Positions 8,804 to 17,875 of a stretch of 64,000 nucleotides of DNA are shown here, piece by piece. Origin of the DNA: Escherichia phage dw-ec; sequence record OL739525.1; one strand, 5' to 3'. Within the stretch, counting starts at the first letter, position 1; the number at the start of each line of letters is the position of its first letter. Under the pieces are notes generated by a model. It worked only from the letters and a program-made list of their open reading frames with translations, was not told where the DNA came from and did no database searches. Position numbers and translations under genes: made by a program.

Positions 8804-9369
8804 ATTTCCTGCAATAGGATTTTGACTATTTGTTTACGGCGTTTCGCTACTGTGCTTTCAGGTTCTATTTTACGCTTCTTCAGCCATGCTTTATCTTTCT
8901 TAGCTCTGCACAAAGCTATCGCTTCTTTTTCAGCTTTCGCTTCTTCAAAAGATATGCCTTGCTTGTCTGCATAAGCAAGAATAGAGTTGCACAATTTACA
9001 AACCATTCGCAAATCTTCTTCTTTCACATAGATCAAACGGAAAACAAAAAGGGGAATATCCTCAAAACATTGAAGTTGTTTTGCTGCGTGAATATGATCC
9101 ACTTGGAAGTCTTTCATTCCTCCTCTGTGTCCACATATTTCGCACTCACAATTCCAAACTTGTTTTGGTTTTCCAGTTTTCTTGTCTATCATTACATTGC
9201 CGTCTTTATCTACACGATCAACTTTAAAACGCCTTGCATTGATAACCTTAATTTTATTAGGGTGTCTCATCCATGCTTTTCTAAAACATCCCCTAAGATA
9301 AGTATAAAATTCAGCTTGTGTTTTCCAGGGTGTTCCTTCACCCCACATTATTTTTGGTTCACCTGCCAA
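8794..9369 (-). CDS. HNH endonuclease (free-standing, homing-endonuclease-like)
   Basis: CECEICGH...FQVDHIHAAKQ...CKLCN HNH motif; 191 aa. Confidence 0.7.
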   Translation of the reverse strand: MAGEPKIMWGEGTPWKTQAEFYTYLRGCFRKAWMRHPNKIKVINARRFKVDRVDKDGNVMIDKKTGKPKQVWNCECEICGHRGGMKDFQVDHIHAAKQLQCFEDIPLFVFRLIYVKEEDLRMVCKLCNSILAYADKQGISFEEAKAEKEAIALCRAKKDKAWLKKRKIEPESTVAKRRKQIVKILLQEIES

Positions 9370-9412
9370 TATTGCTCACCTTTTTAGCTGTATATTCCCC
9401 TGGTGGGATATT

Positions 9413-9447
9413 GTGTTTAAAAAACAAAAGGCGGTCTAACCCCGCCT
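9413..9447 (-). terminator. intrinsic terminator
   Basis: AAGGCGG-loop-CCGCCTT hairpin followed by T-run on the minus strand, between the 9537..9938 gene and the HNH gene. Confidence 0.5.
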
Positions 9448-9536
9448 TGCACATTGTTTCTGGAATAGTCAAAGTTAGTAAAAGTTTATCACCTTTTCGG
9501 TTGAATATTTTATAAACTTCTCCTGCTCCATATTGT

Positions 9537-9938
9537 TTAGTATTGCTCGCCACTAATACGTTCCTTAAGTTGTTTAATAGCTTCGATTGCATCTACATAA
9601 GAAGAGTTATACATGTGTTTCAGTGCTACTCGTACTAAAGGATCTTTTGTGAAGAAATCAATAAGAAGCATAGCTTGATCATGTTTAGCTGCATTTGTCA
9701 TAGATGGATAATTTTCACGAACCATATACGTGTTATTTTGCATAAGGGTTCTTTCTAGTTCAATACAATGAATAGCTTTATCTAGGTTAATCTGACGTTC
9801 ACCTTTAATACGTGTTGCGTATTTTGCCAATTTGCAAAAACAAGGTGTGCCACCAACCAAATAAGCTAGTTCAATAGGTTGCATTGCCATTTTTGTGTAG
9901 TGATCACCGTCAACCTGATTATCAAAAGCATTAGACAT
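9537..9938 (-). CDS. DUF3310-like phage protein
   Basis: GDHY...IELAYLVGGTPCFCKLAKYATRIKGE...DLDKAIHCIELE resembles the DUF3310 signature. Confidence 0.45.
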   Translation of the reverse strand: MSNAFDNQVDGDHYTKMAMQPIELAYLVGGTPCFCKLAKYATRIKGERQINLDKAIHCIELERTLMQNNTYMVRENYPSMTNAAKHDQAMLLIDFFTKDPLVRVALKHMYNSSYVDAIEAIKQLKERISGEQY

Positions 9939-10158
9939 AATTTTCCTCCTGAATTCCTACTGCGCCTTCTTCTGGGTAATCTGTATAATAAGCTACCCTA
10001 CCTTGATAGATAACATCACCATCATCATTGTAGATTGCTGTATCTTCTTGAATTGTTATTTCAACGTCAAGTAAATCTGGGTCTTTCTCGATGGTATAGT
10101 TTAAACCTAACATTTCAAACAGTTCGAAAATTTCGTTACCTGTTAATGTAATGCTCAT
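9931..10158 (-). CDS. hypothetical protein (about 75 aa)
   Basis: Track ORF 9931..10203 trimmed to ATG after AGGAGG RBS; the longer start would overlap the promoter. Confidence 0.45.
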   Translation of the reverse strand: MSITLTGNEIFELFEMLGLNYTIEKDPDLLDVEITIQEDTAIYNDDGDVIYQGRVAYYTDYPEEGAVGIQEENYV

Positions 10159-10174
10159 ATTTCCTCCTTTTATT

Positions 10175-10204
10175 GTGGTTAGCAGAGTATACACTAATAT
10201 CAAA
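10175..10204 (-). promoter_or_regulatory. sigma70-like promoter (TTGACA-17-TATACT)
   Basis: Consensus hexamers on minus strand immediately after the upstream terminator. Confidence 0.5.
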
Positions 10205-10205
10205 T

Positions 10206-10229
10206 TTTTGTCAATAAAAAAGGGAGCAA
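10206..10229 (-). terminator. intrinsic terminator
   Basis: GGGAGC-loop-GCTCCC hairpin plus T-run on the minus strand after the 10245 stop. Confidence 0.55.
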
Positions 10230-10244
10230 TAAGCTCCCTGATTA

Positions 10245-11204
10245 TTAGATTCCAATAATAGTTGCTGCTCGTTTATCTTTGGATCTGGTGTTTGCTCTAC
10301 TACGTGACAAACCTCCACAAGATTCACAACGAATGATATCGAAAGAACTTACCGCAGTGTGGTATTGCTTACCAGTAACAACGTGAACATGATCACTGCC
10401 GCAACGAGAACAACGGACTTTCTCATCTGGGTAATAAGCGGATAAGTTAGGATGCTGTGGAATCCACGGAAGGATTTTCATATACAAATCACGAAGTGAA
10501 ACAACATCACCATCATTGTAAATCTGCATACGTTCAAAAGCATCACGATCACCTTCACAACATGCTTTCCATAAAGGGAACCCCTCGTTATCCAGTTTTT
10601 CACTTTCTGTTTCAAAATACGCTCCCATCTCTTTAAGAGAATTGGAAGGAAGTGCAAACTGTTTCTTAGCTGCCTTCAAGGTATCAACAACTACATAGTT
10701 AGAAGGTGGAGCCATATCATGATATGCGAAGCGTTGGTTAATGTATGCACGGTCAAACTTGTACCCATTGTGAGCCACAACAACATCAGCTTCATTCAGA
10801 AGATTCCAAAGATCTTGGCAAAGTTCCCAATCATCTGTATGATCGATATCGAAAAGAGGATAAGAAGATAAGTTCTTACCTTCTACTTCACCTGTATACA
10901 AATCAGCAGAAGAGTAAGATAACAAATAACCCCTACGAATTACCTGGTCTGGAGAAATGAAGGCTTTGAATCGACGGAAAGTATATGCAATCTCTGGTGC
11001 AGTTTCAACATCAATAATTTTAATAACTGGTTGTTTCTTTTTAACTGGCTCTTGTTTACTTGCACCGAAACGTGCAAGAAAATCATTTACTGTGCTTTTT
11101 CTTGTTGGACTACCTAAAACAATTGCTGCAATATTGCGAGAAGACATACCCTCTGCACTCATACTAAGGATATCTGCTTTCTGCTCTTCTGTTAATCTGC
11201 TCAC
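10245..11204 (-). CDS. DEDD-family 3-prime to 5-prime exonuclease with N-terminal HTH and C-terminal zinc ribbon
   Basis: IDVETA (Exo I), HNGYKFD (Exo II), YNDGD (Exo III); N-terminal sigma-region-4-like HTH; C-terminal CSRCG...CESCGG. Confidence 0.6.
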   Translation of the reverse strand: MSRLTEEQKADILSMSAEGMSSRNIAAIVLGSPTRKSTVNDFLARFGASKQEPVKKKQPVIKIIDVETAPEIAYTFRRFKAFISPDQVIRRGYLLSYSSADLYTGEVEGKNLSSYPLFDIDHTDDWELCQDLWNLLNEADVVVAHNGYKFDRAYINQRFAYHDMAPPSNYVVVDTLKAAKKQFALPSNSLKEMGAYFETESEKLDNEGFPLWKACCEGDRDAFERMQIYNDGDVVSLRDLYMKILPWIPQHPNLSAYYPDEKVRCSRCGSDHVHVVTGKQYHTAVSSFDIIRCESCGGLSRSRANTRSKDKRAATIIGI

Positions 11205-12319
11205 TCTGCCTCCTGTTGTGAGATGTATGACTGAAGCATACTCTCAAATGTTGTATCGTCATTATCCCAGCGTTTCATGTATACCAACTGGAAAATTGTT
11301 TCTATCCATTCATCTGTTGTCATATGGACTTCTTCTCCATCCCAAGAAGTAAAATTAACGCCATCTGGGAACCACGAGTAGTAAGTATCTTTAACTGTTT
11401 GGAAAAGTTCTGCTTGAGTTTTACAAGCTGAAAGAAGATTAAAACAAGTAATATCTCCGAACTTAATATCAAAATCTTGATAAGGTCGGATACTATCTGT
11501 TTTATCTCCCATTAGCATCTGATAGGCTAACCAATAACTTCCCCAACCTTTAACTTCTTTCTTTTTACCTTTATCTACGATCCATATGTCGCCAATAGAC
11601 TCGTCAATAAGAATTATATCTGGATTTTTAAATACTCCATCCTCTTTGTAGAAATTAAAAAGGATACTAGGAGTATGTAAACTATCTTTATCTATAGACA
11701 CTACGATATAAGAAAATTTACCCGTCCTTTTATAATCTTTATAACCTTGGAAACCATACTTCTCTAACTCATCGTCAGCCTCTATTACAGTAACAACATC
11801 ACCATTGTGGAACTCCACAAGATAATCTTTGGTTTCTGAAAGCTGAAGTGGTTTGATATCTAATCGTTCAGATTTATATTCTACAGGCATTTTGAAGGCG
11901 TGTCTGAAAGTTTTTCCTACGCCAATAACCCCGCAATATTTTTCTAAACGTAGATGTTTTAGAATACCTAAGACTTTTGTTTTAGCTGCTTGGAAGGTGT
12001 GTCCGATATCTTCTGGCGGGTATTGCTTATCAATAATTTCGAACTCTTCCTTTGTGAAGGGACGTTTGTTTTTGGAGGCTCTTTCTGCATTTGTATCTCC
12101 TAGCCAACCTCCAATTTTAGTCTTACTTTTACCCCAAAACTCTGTCTTATTTTTAAATTCCTTTTGAGCACCTGAAGGGATGTGCTTCGCAATGATTGTT
12201 CTTTTCTCTAATGCAGACGCTGCTTGGAAAGCGATCTGATCATAATCAATTGCAGCTATTGTTTCTTCGTTGACATATAAATGAAGATCTTCAGGTTTAA
12301 TTAAAATATAACCGCTAAT
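11201..12319 (-). CDS. T4 RNase H-like 5-prime to 3-prime exonuclease / flap endonuclease (start codon unresolved)
   Basis: Track ORF 11201..11890 is preceded by about 145 in-frame stop-free codons; combined product has AIDYDQIAFQ, EADD, DESIGD and LMGDKTDSI landmark blocks; no ATG/GTG/TTG in the N-terminal part, candidate ATT start at 12319 after AGGGGGA. Confidence 0.55.
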   Translation of the reverse strand: MSGYILIKPEDLHLYVNEETIAAIDYDQIAFQAASALEKRTIIAKHIPSGAQKEFKNKTEFWGKSKTKIGGWLGDTNAERASKNKRPFTKEEFEIIDKQYPPEDIGHTFQAAKTKVLGILKHLRLEKYCGVIGVGKTFRHAFKMPVEYKSERLDIKPLQLSETKDYLVEFHNGDVVTVIEADDELEKYGFQGYKDYKRTGKFSYIVVSIDKDSLHTPSILFNFYKEDGVFKNPDIILIDESIGDIWIVDKGKKKEVKGWGSYWLAYQMLMGDKTDSIRPYQDFDIKFGDITCFNLLSACKTQAELFQTVKDTYYSWFPDGVNFTSWDGEEVHMTTDEWIETIFQLVYMKRWDNDDTTFESMLQSYISQQEAE

Positions 12320-12331
12320 ATTTCCCCCTAA

Positions 12332-12541
12332 TTATTCATCGTCATCCTCTGTTGAGAATGTTTTAGTATACGGACATTGACGACTTTTCGGGATTGCTAT
12401 AACTTCATCTTGGTTAGCGTTAGAATAGTAGCAATATTTTGTGTTGCCATTAACTTCAGAATCAGACAAGATTAAAGTAATTTGACCTGCTGCTACTGTG
12501 AAACTAAAAGCTAAAAGAACGACTGTCAGAATCTTTTTCAT
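12332..12541 (-). CDS. small secreted protein (signal-peptide-like N-terminus, 69 aa)
   Basis: MKKILTVVLLAFSFTVAAGQ hydrophobic leader; AGGAGG RBS; its TAA stop is in frame with the downstream nuclease reading frame. Confidence 0.5.
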   Translation of the reverse strand: MKKILTVVLLAFSFTVAAGQITLILSDSEVNGNTKYCYYSNANQDEVIAIPKSRQCPYTKTFSTEDDDE

Positions 12542-12580
12542 AACGCCTCCTAAAAAGCCTACCTCATTAAGTAGGTAGGC

Positions 12581-12609
12581 ATAATATCATAACTAATCCC
12601 GCAAGTCAA
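12581..12609 (-). promoter_or_regulatory. sigma70-like promoter (TTGACT-17-TATTAT) followed by a 5-prime UTR hairpin
   Basis: Hexamers on minus strand; GCCTACCT-loop-AGGTAGGC hairpin between -10 and RBS. Confidence 0.4.
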
Positions 12610-12613
12610 GAAC

Positions 12614-13492
12614 TTATTTAAGGATTGTTGCTTTGGTTAAATCTTCCATCAGACCTCGAATCTCATTGAAGCACAGAAGGACTGAAGCTTCAATACTACC
12701 TTCTTCGTCTGCAAAATATTTCGGAAAACGTAGTTTAGAAAGTTTAAACTCTTTATCCACTACAAAATCTACAACACCGTCATATTCAAGACCGATTGCA
12801 ACCACATCTTTACCATCTTCTTTTAGTTCGACAGCTTTAGACTCATATAAGGATTCTTTACTCCAAACAACAACGCCCTCGCTATCCTCCATTTTGATAT
12901 AATTTCCGAGAGTAATACGATCTGCTTCGTGATTCTCCAGCAATTCACCAAAACCTTTTACAATAGCTTCTTCGTGCACACTAAAACCTACTGAAGGGAA
13001 AGTCCCCAGAACGGAACGGAGGAAAGAAGTAATCTCTTCTGCAACCTTTTTACTTCCATTAAGAACATAAAGAAGATTCGTAGTTTTATCCAAGACAACA
13101 TAGTTAAAGAAATCTTCAGGTTCTGTTTCAGGCAATAGTGCAAATTCAATATCTTCCTTCATTGCTTTGACTACTTCTTTATCGACATAAAACTCTTTAC
13201 CCTCGCTCTCCATGTCCTGACGCATTTCTTCTAGACGTTCATTCAGAATACGTTTAACTTTCTTTTTATCTACCTTCTTCACAGATTGACCTACATTAAG
13301 TAGTTCAAGATCTGAAAACTCTTTTACAAATTTAGAGTCATCTTCGAAACGAACAAGACCGATGGTGTGGGACTGGGAGCCTTCTGCTGTTACAAATTCC
13401 AGAGGAATATCTGTAATGCTGTTAAGGGATGCTACAGAAGCATTGTCACCAACAACCATAGGCAGAGCGGATTTAAAAGATTTTACAAACAT
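12614..13492 (-). CDS. RdgC-like recombination-associated protein
   Basis: LLYVLNGSKKVAEEITSFLRSVLGTFPSVGFSVHEE resembles a central RdgC block; 292 aa matches family size. Confidence 0.5.
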   Translation of the reverse strand: MFVKSFKSALPMVVGDNASVASLNSITDIPLEFVTAEGSQSHTIGLVRFEDDSKFVKEFSDLELLNVGQSVKKVDKKKVKRILNERLEEMRQDMESEGKEFYVDKEVVKAMKEDIEFALLPETEPEDFFNYVVLDKTTNLLYVLNGSKKVAEEITSFLRSVLGTFPSVGFSVHEEAIVKGFGELLENHEADRITLGNYIKMEDSEGVVVWSKESLYESKAVELKEDGKDVVAIGLEYDGVVDFVVDKEFKLSKLRFPKYFADEEGSIEASVLLCFNEIRGLMEDLTKATILK

Positions 13493-13548
13493 GTTTCCTC
13501 CTATTTAATACATCTCACATTACCGCCCGTAAAGGGCGGCTTACAACA

Positions 13549-14274
13549 TTACTTGTTAATAATACCTGCAATATTAGGTTTGACAAAGGTCGATGGTTTC
13601 ATGATCTTACCTTTATCATCAAAGAACACATACACTTTCTGTTTTTCATTATAAACAGCATGAACACCAGTGTATGCCCCTTCTGGACGATTGGCATTTC
13701 GTTCTTCAATTGCAGCGCATTCTTGTGCAATGGCTGAATCGATATCCGAAGTTTTCCAAGTTTTCAGCAACTGTTGTTTAGTTGGATACTTGGAATCATT
13801 ACTTTTCAATACCTCTTTAATAACTTTCTTTTCTGGATATTTTGAACGGATTAGAGTGTCACGAGACATACGCATAATACCAGCAGCCATTAGTGCCATT
13901 TGAACTGGCTCTGTAAATGTTTGTTCCAAAGCATCAAAATCAGTATACACAGTTGGAGTAAAAACATCGCCTACAGCATAGTCCAAGAAATTCATCGTAT
14001 GTTCTTCACCAAAGAACATGTAAGTCAGATAACTGGATACTACAAAAATATCTGCTGCTGCATCCAAGAGTTCTACATGATCGTTTACTTTCGCGGCTGT
14101 TTCATACTCTTTAAGCTCTTCACGAACGAACCCGATTTGGGACATAAATAGCTCTTGAGTGAATTCAGGTTGTTCACCACCTCGTGCTTTGGCATTCCAA
14201 TCAATCACGTGCTTTGCTGCATTTTTGAAAAATTCAGTATCGAATTTAATATCTTTAAAAAAATTCTCGATCAT
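13549..14274 (-). CDS. MazG-like NTP pyrophosphohydrolase (all-alpha)
   Basis: REELKEYETAAKVNDHVELLDAAADIF EExxE...D motif pattern; 241 aa. Confidence 0.45.
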   Translation of the reverse strand: MIENFFKDIKFDTEFFKNAAKHVIDWNAKARGGEQPEFTQELFMSQIGFVREELKEYETAAKVNDHVELLDAAADIFVVSSYLTYMFFGEEHTMNFLDYAVGDVFTPTVYTDFDALEQTFTEPVQMALMAAGIMRMSRDTLIRSKYPEKKVIKEVLKSNDSKYPTKQQLLKTWKTSDIDSAIAQECAAIEERNANRPEGAYTGVHAVYNEKQKVYVFFDDKGKIMKPSTFVKPNIAGIINK

Positions 14275-14283
14275 TATAACTCC

Positions 14284-14466
14284 TTATTTAAAATAGCTTT
14301 CTAGAAAGTTGCTAATATTTACTACAGTCTCACCCATGTAAATTCCTGCGAAACCGAAAACAAGCATACGTGGAATATTGAAATACCATTTATCCGCCGG
14401 AAAAGATGCCAGAATTACAATAGCAATTGCTATCAACATCATAAGAATTGTTGCTAAAATTATCAT
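14284..14466 (-). CDS. small membrane protein (about 60 aa)
   Basis: Track ORF trimmed to the Met after a GGAGG RBS; hydrophobic segments. Confidence 0.4.
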   Translation of the reverse strand: MIILATILMMLIAIAIVILASFPADKWYFNIPRMLVFGFAGIYMGETVVNISNFLESYFK

Positions 14467-14657
14467 AAAAATGCCTCCAGGTATTTTGCACAATGGTAAG
14501 CTAAGAAACAAGAAACTACCGCATACCCAACTCCAGACATACATGAATCAATCGCAATACATACGGTTCTTTTCTTTGAATTCTTAGGAAAGCTTTCCGA
14601 AGCATTCATACAATAAAAAGAAAGCACACTGAAAACGATTAAAATGGCTAAGAACAT
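14463..14657 (-). CDS. small membrane protein (64 aa)
   Basis: ORF track; N-terminal hydrophobic helix MFLAILIVFSVLSFY. Confidence 0.4.
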   Translation of the reverse strand: MFLAILIVFSVLSFYCMNASESFPKNSKKRTVCIAIDSCMSGVGYAVVSCFLAYHCAKYLEAFL

Positions 14658-14666
14658 TTTTCCTCC

Positions 14667-15794
14667 TTATTCTGCTGGTTCCCAAGTGCCTGGGATCATT
14701 TCTCGAATACGAACACCAACAGGTTTTGTTGGAATACCTTCATCTGAAAATTCTTCATACTCTATTTCAACGAACTGATTAATCAAGGTAGAAGCATTCT
14801 CTGCTTTACGATAATTGATAGTCTCATGAGCATCTTTACGCATTAAGAATTCGACTACTTTACCATTTTCCATCTCACCTGTCAACACTCCATCACCATT
14901 TTTATCACTTTTTGAATTTGTTACTTTAACTTCAAGGGTGTGGCGAGGCTTACGTTTAATAACGTCATAAGAACGTTTATCAAATTCGTAAACTCCGTGA
15001 GCATTACGATATACTACACCTTCAGCTTTCTCAAGTAAAGCTTTTTCATAGAAAGCATCAAACTGTTCTTGGTTTTCAATATACTCTGTATGAACTACAC
15101 AAATAAGCTCGTCAAGACCATAATCTTCAACTACTGCCTTAAGAGCAGTAAGAACATCAACACGTTTTTCAAACGGTAGATCTGGAACTGGAATATCGTA
15201 TACGTAATAATTCAGCAAAGGTGTATTTGCATTATGCTTCTTCCAGGCACTGTTAATTTGTTGCAGACTAAGGACACCTAACCCAGCAAACACTTCACCA
15301 TCAAGAGGATGACCAACAACTTCACTAATAAAGTTTGGAATACCTTTCCAATGAGGTGGCAGGTTATACACTTCCCCAGCTTTTGATAAACACTCCCCTT
15401 TCATGTTAATCATAGAACGTAACCCGTTCAGTTTGTATTGTGCATAACCAGGGAACACAACCCTTTCAGGATAATCTTTATAATCCTGGCATTTCATTGG
15501 TGTAGAAGGAACATGGTTTTCAGCTTCTTCTTTTGTTTTATAATAGCCATTCTTTAACTGTTTTGTCCATTTGGCAAAAGCTTCAAGTTCAGCTTGTTCT
15601 TCTGGTGTTGTTTCATTGGAACGACCGATGTTTTTTGCTTCTGCTGTATAAGATTTTTCTGTGATTTTTCCACCTACCCTTCCATGAGCTACAGTAACAA
15701 CTGCACCATCTGTATACACTGTCCACTGTTTAAGTTTTCCTTTTGAATCTTTACCATACAGCGTTTGATTTGTTTGTTGCATTAGTCCTCCCAT
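14667..15794 (-). CDS. ATP-dependent DNA ligase
   Basis: KLNGLR adenylation motif (KxNG) with nucleotidyltransferase and OB-like C-terminal region; 375 aa. Confidence 0.8.
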   Translation of the reverse strand: MGGLMQQTNQTLYGKDSKGKLKQWTVYTDGAVVTVAHGRVGGKITEKSYTAEAKNIGRSNETTPEEQAELEAFAKWTKQLKNGYYKTKEEAENHVPSTPMKCQDYKDYPERVVFPGYAQYKLNGLRSMINMKGECLSKAGEVYNLPPHWKGIPNFISEVVGHPLDGEVFAGLGVLSLQQINSAWKKHNANTPLLNYYVYDIPVPDLPFEKRVDVLTALKAVVEDYGLDELICVVHTEYIENQEQFDAFYEKALLEKAEGVVYRNAHGVYEFDKRSYDVIKRKPRHTLEVKVTNSKSDKNGDGVLTGEMENGKVVEFLMRKDAHETINYRKAENASTLINQFVEIEYEEFSDEGIPTKPVGVRIREMIPGTWEPAE

Positions 15795-16003
15795 TTAAAA
15801 ACTGAAATTTTCAATCTGTTACACACTTCATCCAAATCTGCGTCGAGTAACGTTGTGGATGTTGCCAACATATAATCAATGCTTGTGAAACCTTGCCCTT
15901 TGGCATAGTCAAGCATATCTTCATACATATCTTCAAGATCACCGTCATCAAAAGTAGCTAGAAAATCCTCGTCCCCGCTACGAACATAAAATGCAGTACT
16001 CAT
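15782..16003 (-). CDS. hypothetical acidic protein (73 aa)
   Basis: ORF track. Confidence 0.45.
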   Translation of the reverse strand: MSTAFYVRSGDEDFLATFDDGDLEDMYEDMLDYAKGQGFTSIDYMLATSTTLLDADLDEVCNRLKISVFKWED

Positions 16004-16191
16004 TCATCTTCATCCCAAGATTCAAAAACGCAGCAATCATCGGTTTCTATAATACCAACACGTCCGCAGGTATTGCAAGTGATTTTATCACCGTAGAATA
16101 AATAATTTTTATCACCCTCTGTGTTTACAGTTATGTCATTACTACCACAAGGGCAAGTCAGCCAACCAACAACAACGATATCTTTTTTCAT
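16000..16191 (-). CDS. small zinc-ribbon protein (63 aa)
   Basis: CPCG...CNTCG Cys pairs. Confidence 0.45.
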   Translation of the reverse strand: MKKDIVVVGWLTCPCGSNDITVNTEGDKNYLFYGDKITCNTCGRVGIIETDDCCVFESWDEDE

Positions 16192-16200
16192 AATCCCTCC

Positions 16201-16527
16201 TTAAGCGTTCAGTTCGTTGTTGAGTTCGTAAATCTCTTCTTGAAGAGCATCAATCTCTTCCTCCAAACGGGAGATCTCTTCTTTTAGATATACCGTTTCT
16301 GATTCTTTCTCTTCTAATTCATTTTCAAATTTTACTTTATTCGCCTCATTTTCATAATGCAGTTCAGCGTAATCATCACGCATTTGTTCAATAAGATGAA
16401 TCAGAGATAAGATATAGTTATCCCCAGTTTCATCTCGCCACTCTTCCCCGTGGCGCAAGATTGTGATTCGTCCCGTGTTTTCATCTAAAATTGTCTCATA
16501 TTTACGATCATCTGTATAAATCTGCAT
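16201..16527 (-). CDS. hypothetical coiled-coil acidic protein (108 aa)
   Basis: ORF track; Glu/Leu-rich heptad-like C-terminus. Confidence 0.45.
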   Translation of the reverse strand: MQIYTDDRKYETILDENTGRITILRHGEEWRDETGDNYILSLIHLIEQMRDDYAELHYENEANKVKFENELEEKESETVYLKEEISRLEEEIDALQEEIYELNNELNA

Positions 16528-16536
16528 TATTACTCC

Positions 16537-16941
16537 TTATTGAAGTTTAAGTGAACCACGAAGACGTTTCTCTTGCTGATCACGAATATATTGTGGAACC
16601 TCGTGAATTGAATCATTACCGTGCCTATTTTCAACAACTAAAGAGATAACTTGATAACCAAACTCTTCAGCAAGAGTTAGATAAGGTTTAAGTTCTTTCT
16701 CTGTGGTTGAAGTGTTAGAAACAATAATCTTGTTAAGATTAGATGCCATAGCATCACGAACAATACTCTGACACCATGCGTGTGCTTTACCTACATTTTC
16801 TGGCTTCCAATCGTAAACACCACTTTCTGTATAATGATATTGATCTGCCTCACAGATAGGCCAATAACCTTCAGAAATAATTTCTGCTACCGTAGATTTA
16901 CCAGCACCTGAAACGCCACGTAAAATGATAAGTTGTTTCAT
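16537..16941 (-). CDS. P-loop polynucleotide 5-prime kinase (kinase domain only)
   Basis: GVSGAGKST Walker A near N-terminus; 134 aa; adjacent to RNA ligase. Confidence 0.6.
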   Translation of the reverse strand: MKQLIILRGVSGAGKSTVAEIISEGYWPICEADQYHYTESGVYDWKPENVGKAHAWCQSIVRDAMASNLNKIIVSNTSTTEKELKPYLTLAEEFGYQVISLVVENRHGNDSIHEVPQYIRDQQEKRLRGSLKLQ

Positions 16942-17874
16942 TTATCCTCCAAAGAAGTTTTCGATTTTTTCACGTCGCTCTTGCTGATTTAAAGCAGCCC
17001 ATTGAGTCTTCGTAAAATTATTTCGAATCCATTCTAACAAAGCGTAATATTCTTCGTCAACAATTTGTTTGGCATTTTTTGGATTATCCCAAATCAGATC
17101 CCACTTTTTATCTCCACCACGCATAAGAAACTTCTTAGTAAGATAGTGTGGTGATTTAATTTTTAAAAGTAAGTTGAACGGATAGTTTGTTTCACGAACT
17201 ACAAACCCTTCGTGTTTACAATGTTTAGACATTTCAACAACATCTGAAAACTTAACCATTGGATGAACTTCAGGACGCTTAAATTTGGTGACAGAAGCAA
17301 TTCCATCAAGAGCACCTTCAGGTAACATAAAACTTGTCCCATCAGGATTTTGAATTCTGGCACCAATTAAGTATGCACCTGGTTCTTCTTCGACAATATG
17401 TGGATCAGAAGGATCACAGATTTCAAACAGGAAAGTTGCTTTTGCACTCTCTGCCCATTTGATGAAATGTTCTATGTCATCGCACTCTGAAACAATATGA
17501 TTCTTTGCAATACTTGCAAAATCTGATTCAAGGCTTCCTGTTGTCGATACAATAAGTTGACCTTTATATACACCTACAGAGGCCATAAAACCATTTACTT
17601 TACGAACCACATCTACAAGTTCATCCGCTGGTAGATCTGTGCCATTCTCAAAACGATTAAAAATCTTAGTGAAAGGCCAAATAACAACATTGTCATCAGC
17701 ATCAACAACGATTCCGCGACATTCTAGAAGACGAGAATCAATGCTCCATAAATTATCCCAGAAAACTTTGTTCTTATACTTAAGAACAGATAGACCAGAA
17801 TACTCTCCTTCTTTATATGTTTTCTTATGAACTAAACCTTTTTCAACCAAATCGTCGCAATTAAATTTAGTCAC
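16942..17874 (-). CDS. RNA ligase (Rnl family nucleotidyltransferase)
   Basis: VVRKVNGFMASVGVY contains the KxNG lysine-adenylate motif; 310 aa. Confidence 0.65.
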   Translation of the reverse strand: MTKFNCDDLVEKGLVHKKTYKEGEYSGLSVLKYKNKVFWDNLWSIDSRLLECRGIVVDADDNVVIWPFTKIFNRFENGTDLPADELVDVVRKVNGFMASVGVYKGQLIVSTTGSLESDFASIAKNHIVSECDDIEHFIKWAESAKATFLFEICDPSDPHIVEEEPGAYLIGARIQNPDGTSFMLPEGALDGIASVTKFKRPEVHPMVKFSDVVEMSKHCKHEGFVVRETNYPFNLLLKIKSPHYLTKKFLMRGGDKKWDLIWDNPKNAKQIVDEEYYALLEWIRNNFTKTQWAALNQQERREKIENFFGG

Positions 17875-17875
17875 A

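Noticed and set aside
9359-9592. 77-aa minus-strand ORF between the HNH and DUF3310-like genes
   Set aside because: Spans an intrinsic terminator hairpin and overlaps both neighbours; no RBS; the region is better explained as terminator plus promoter/RBS for the HNH gene
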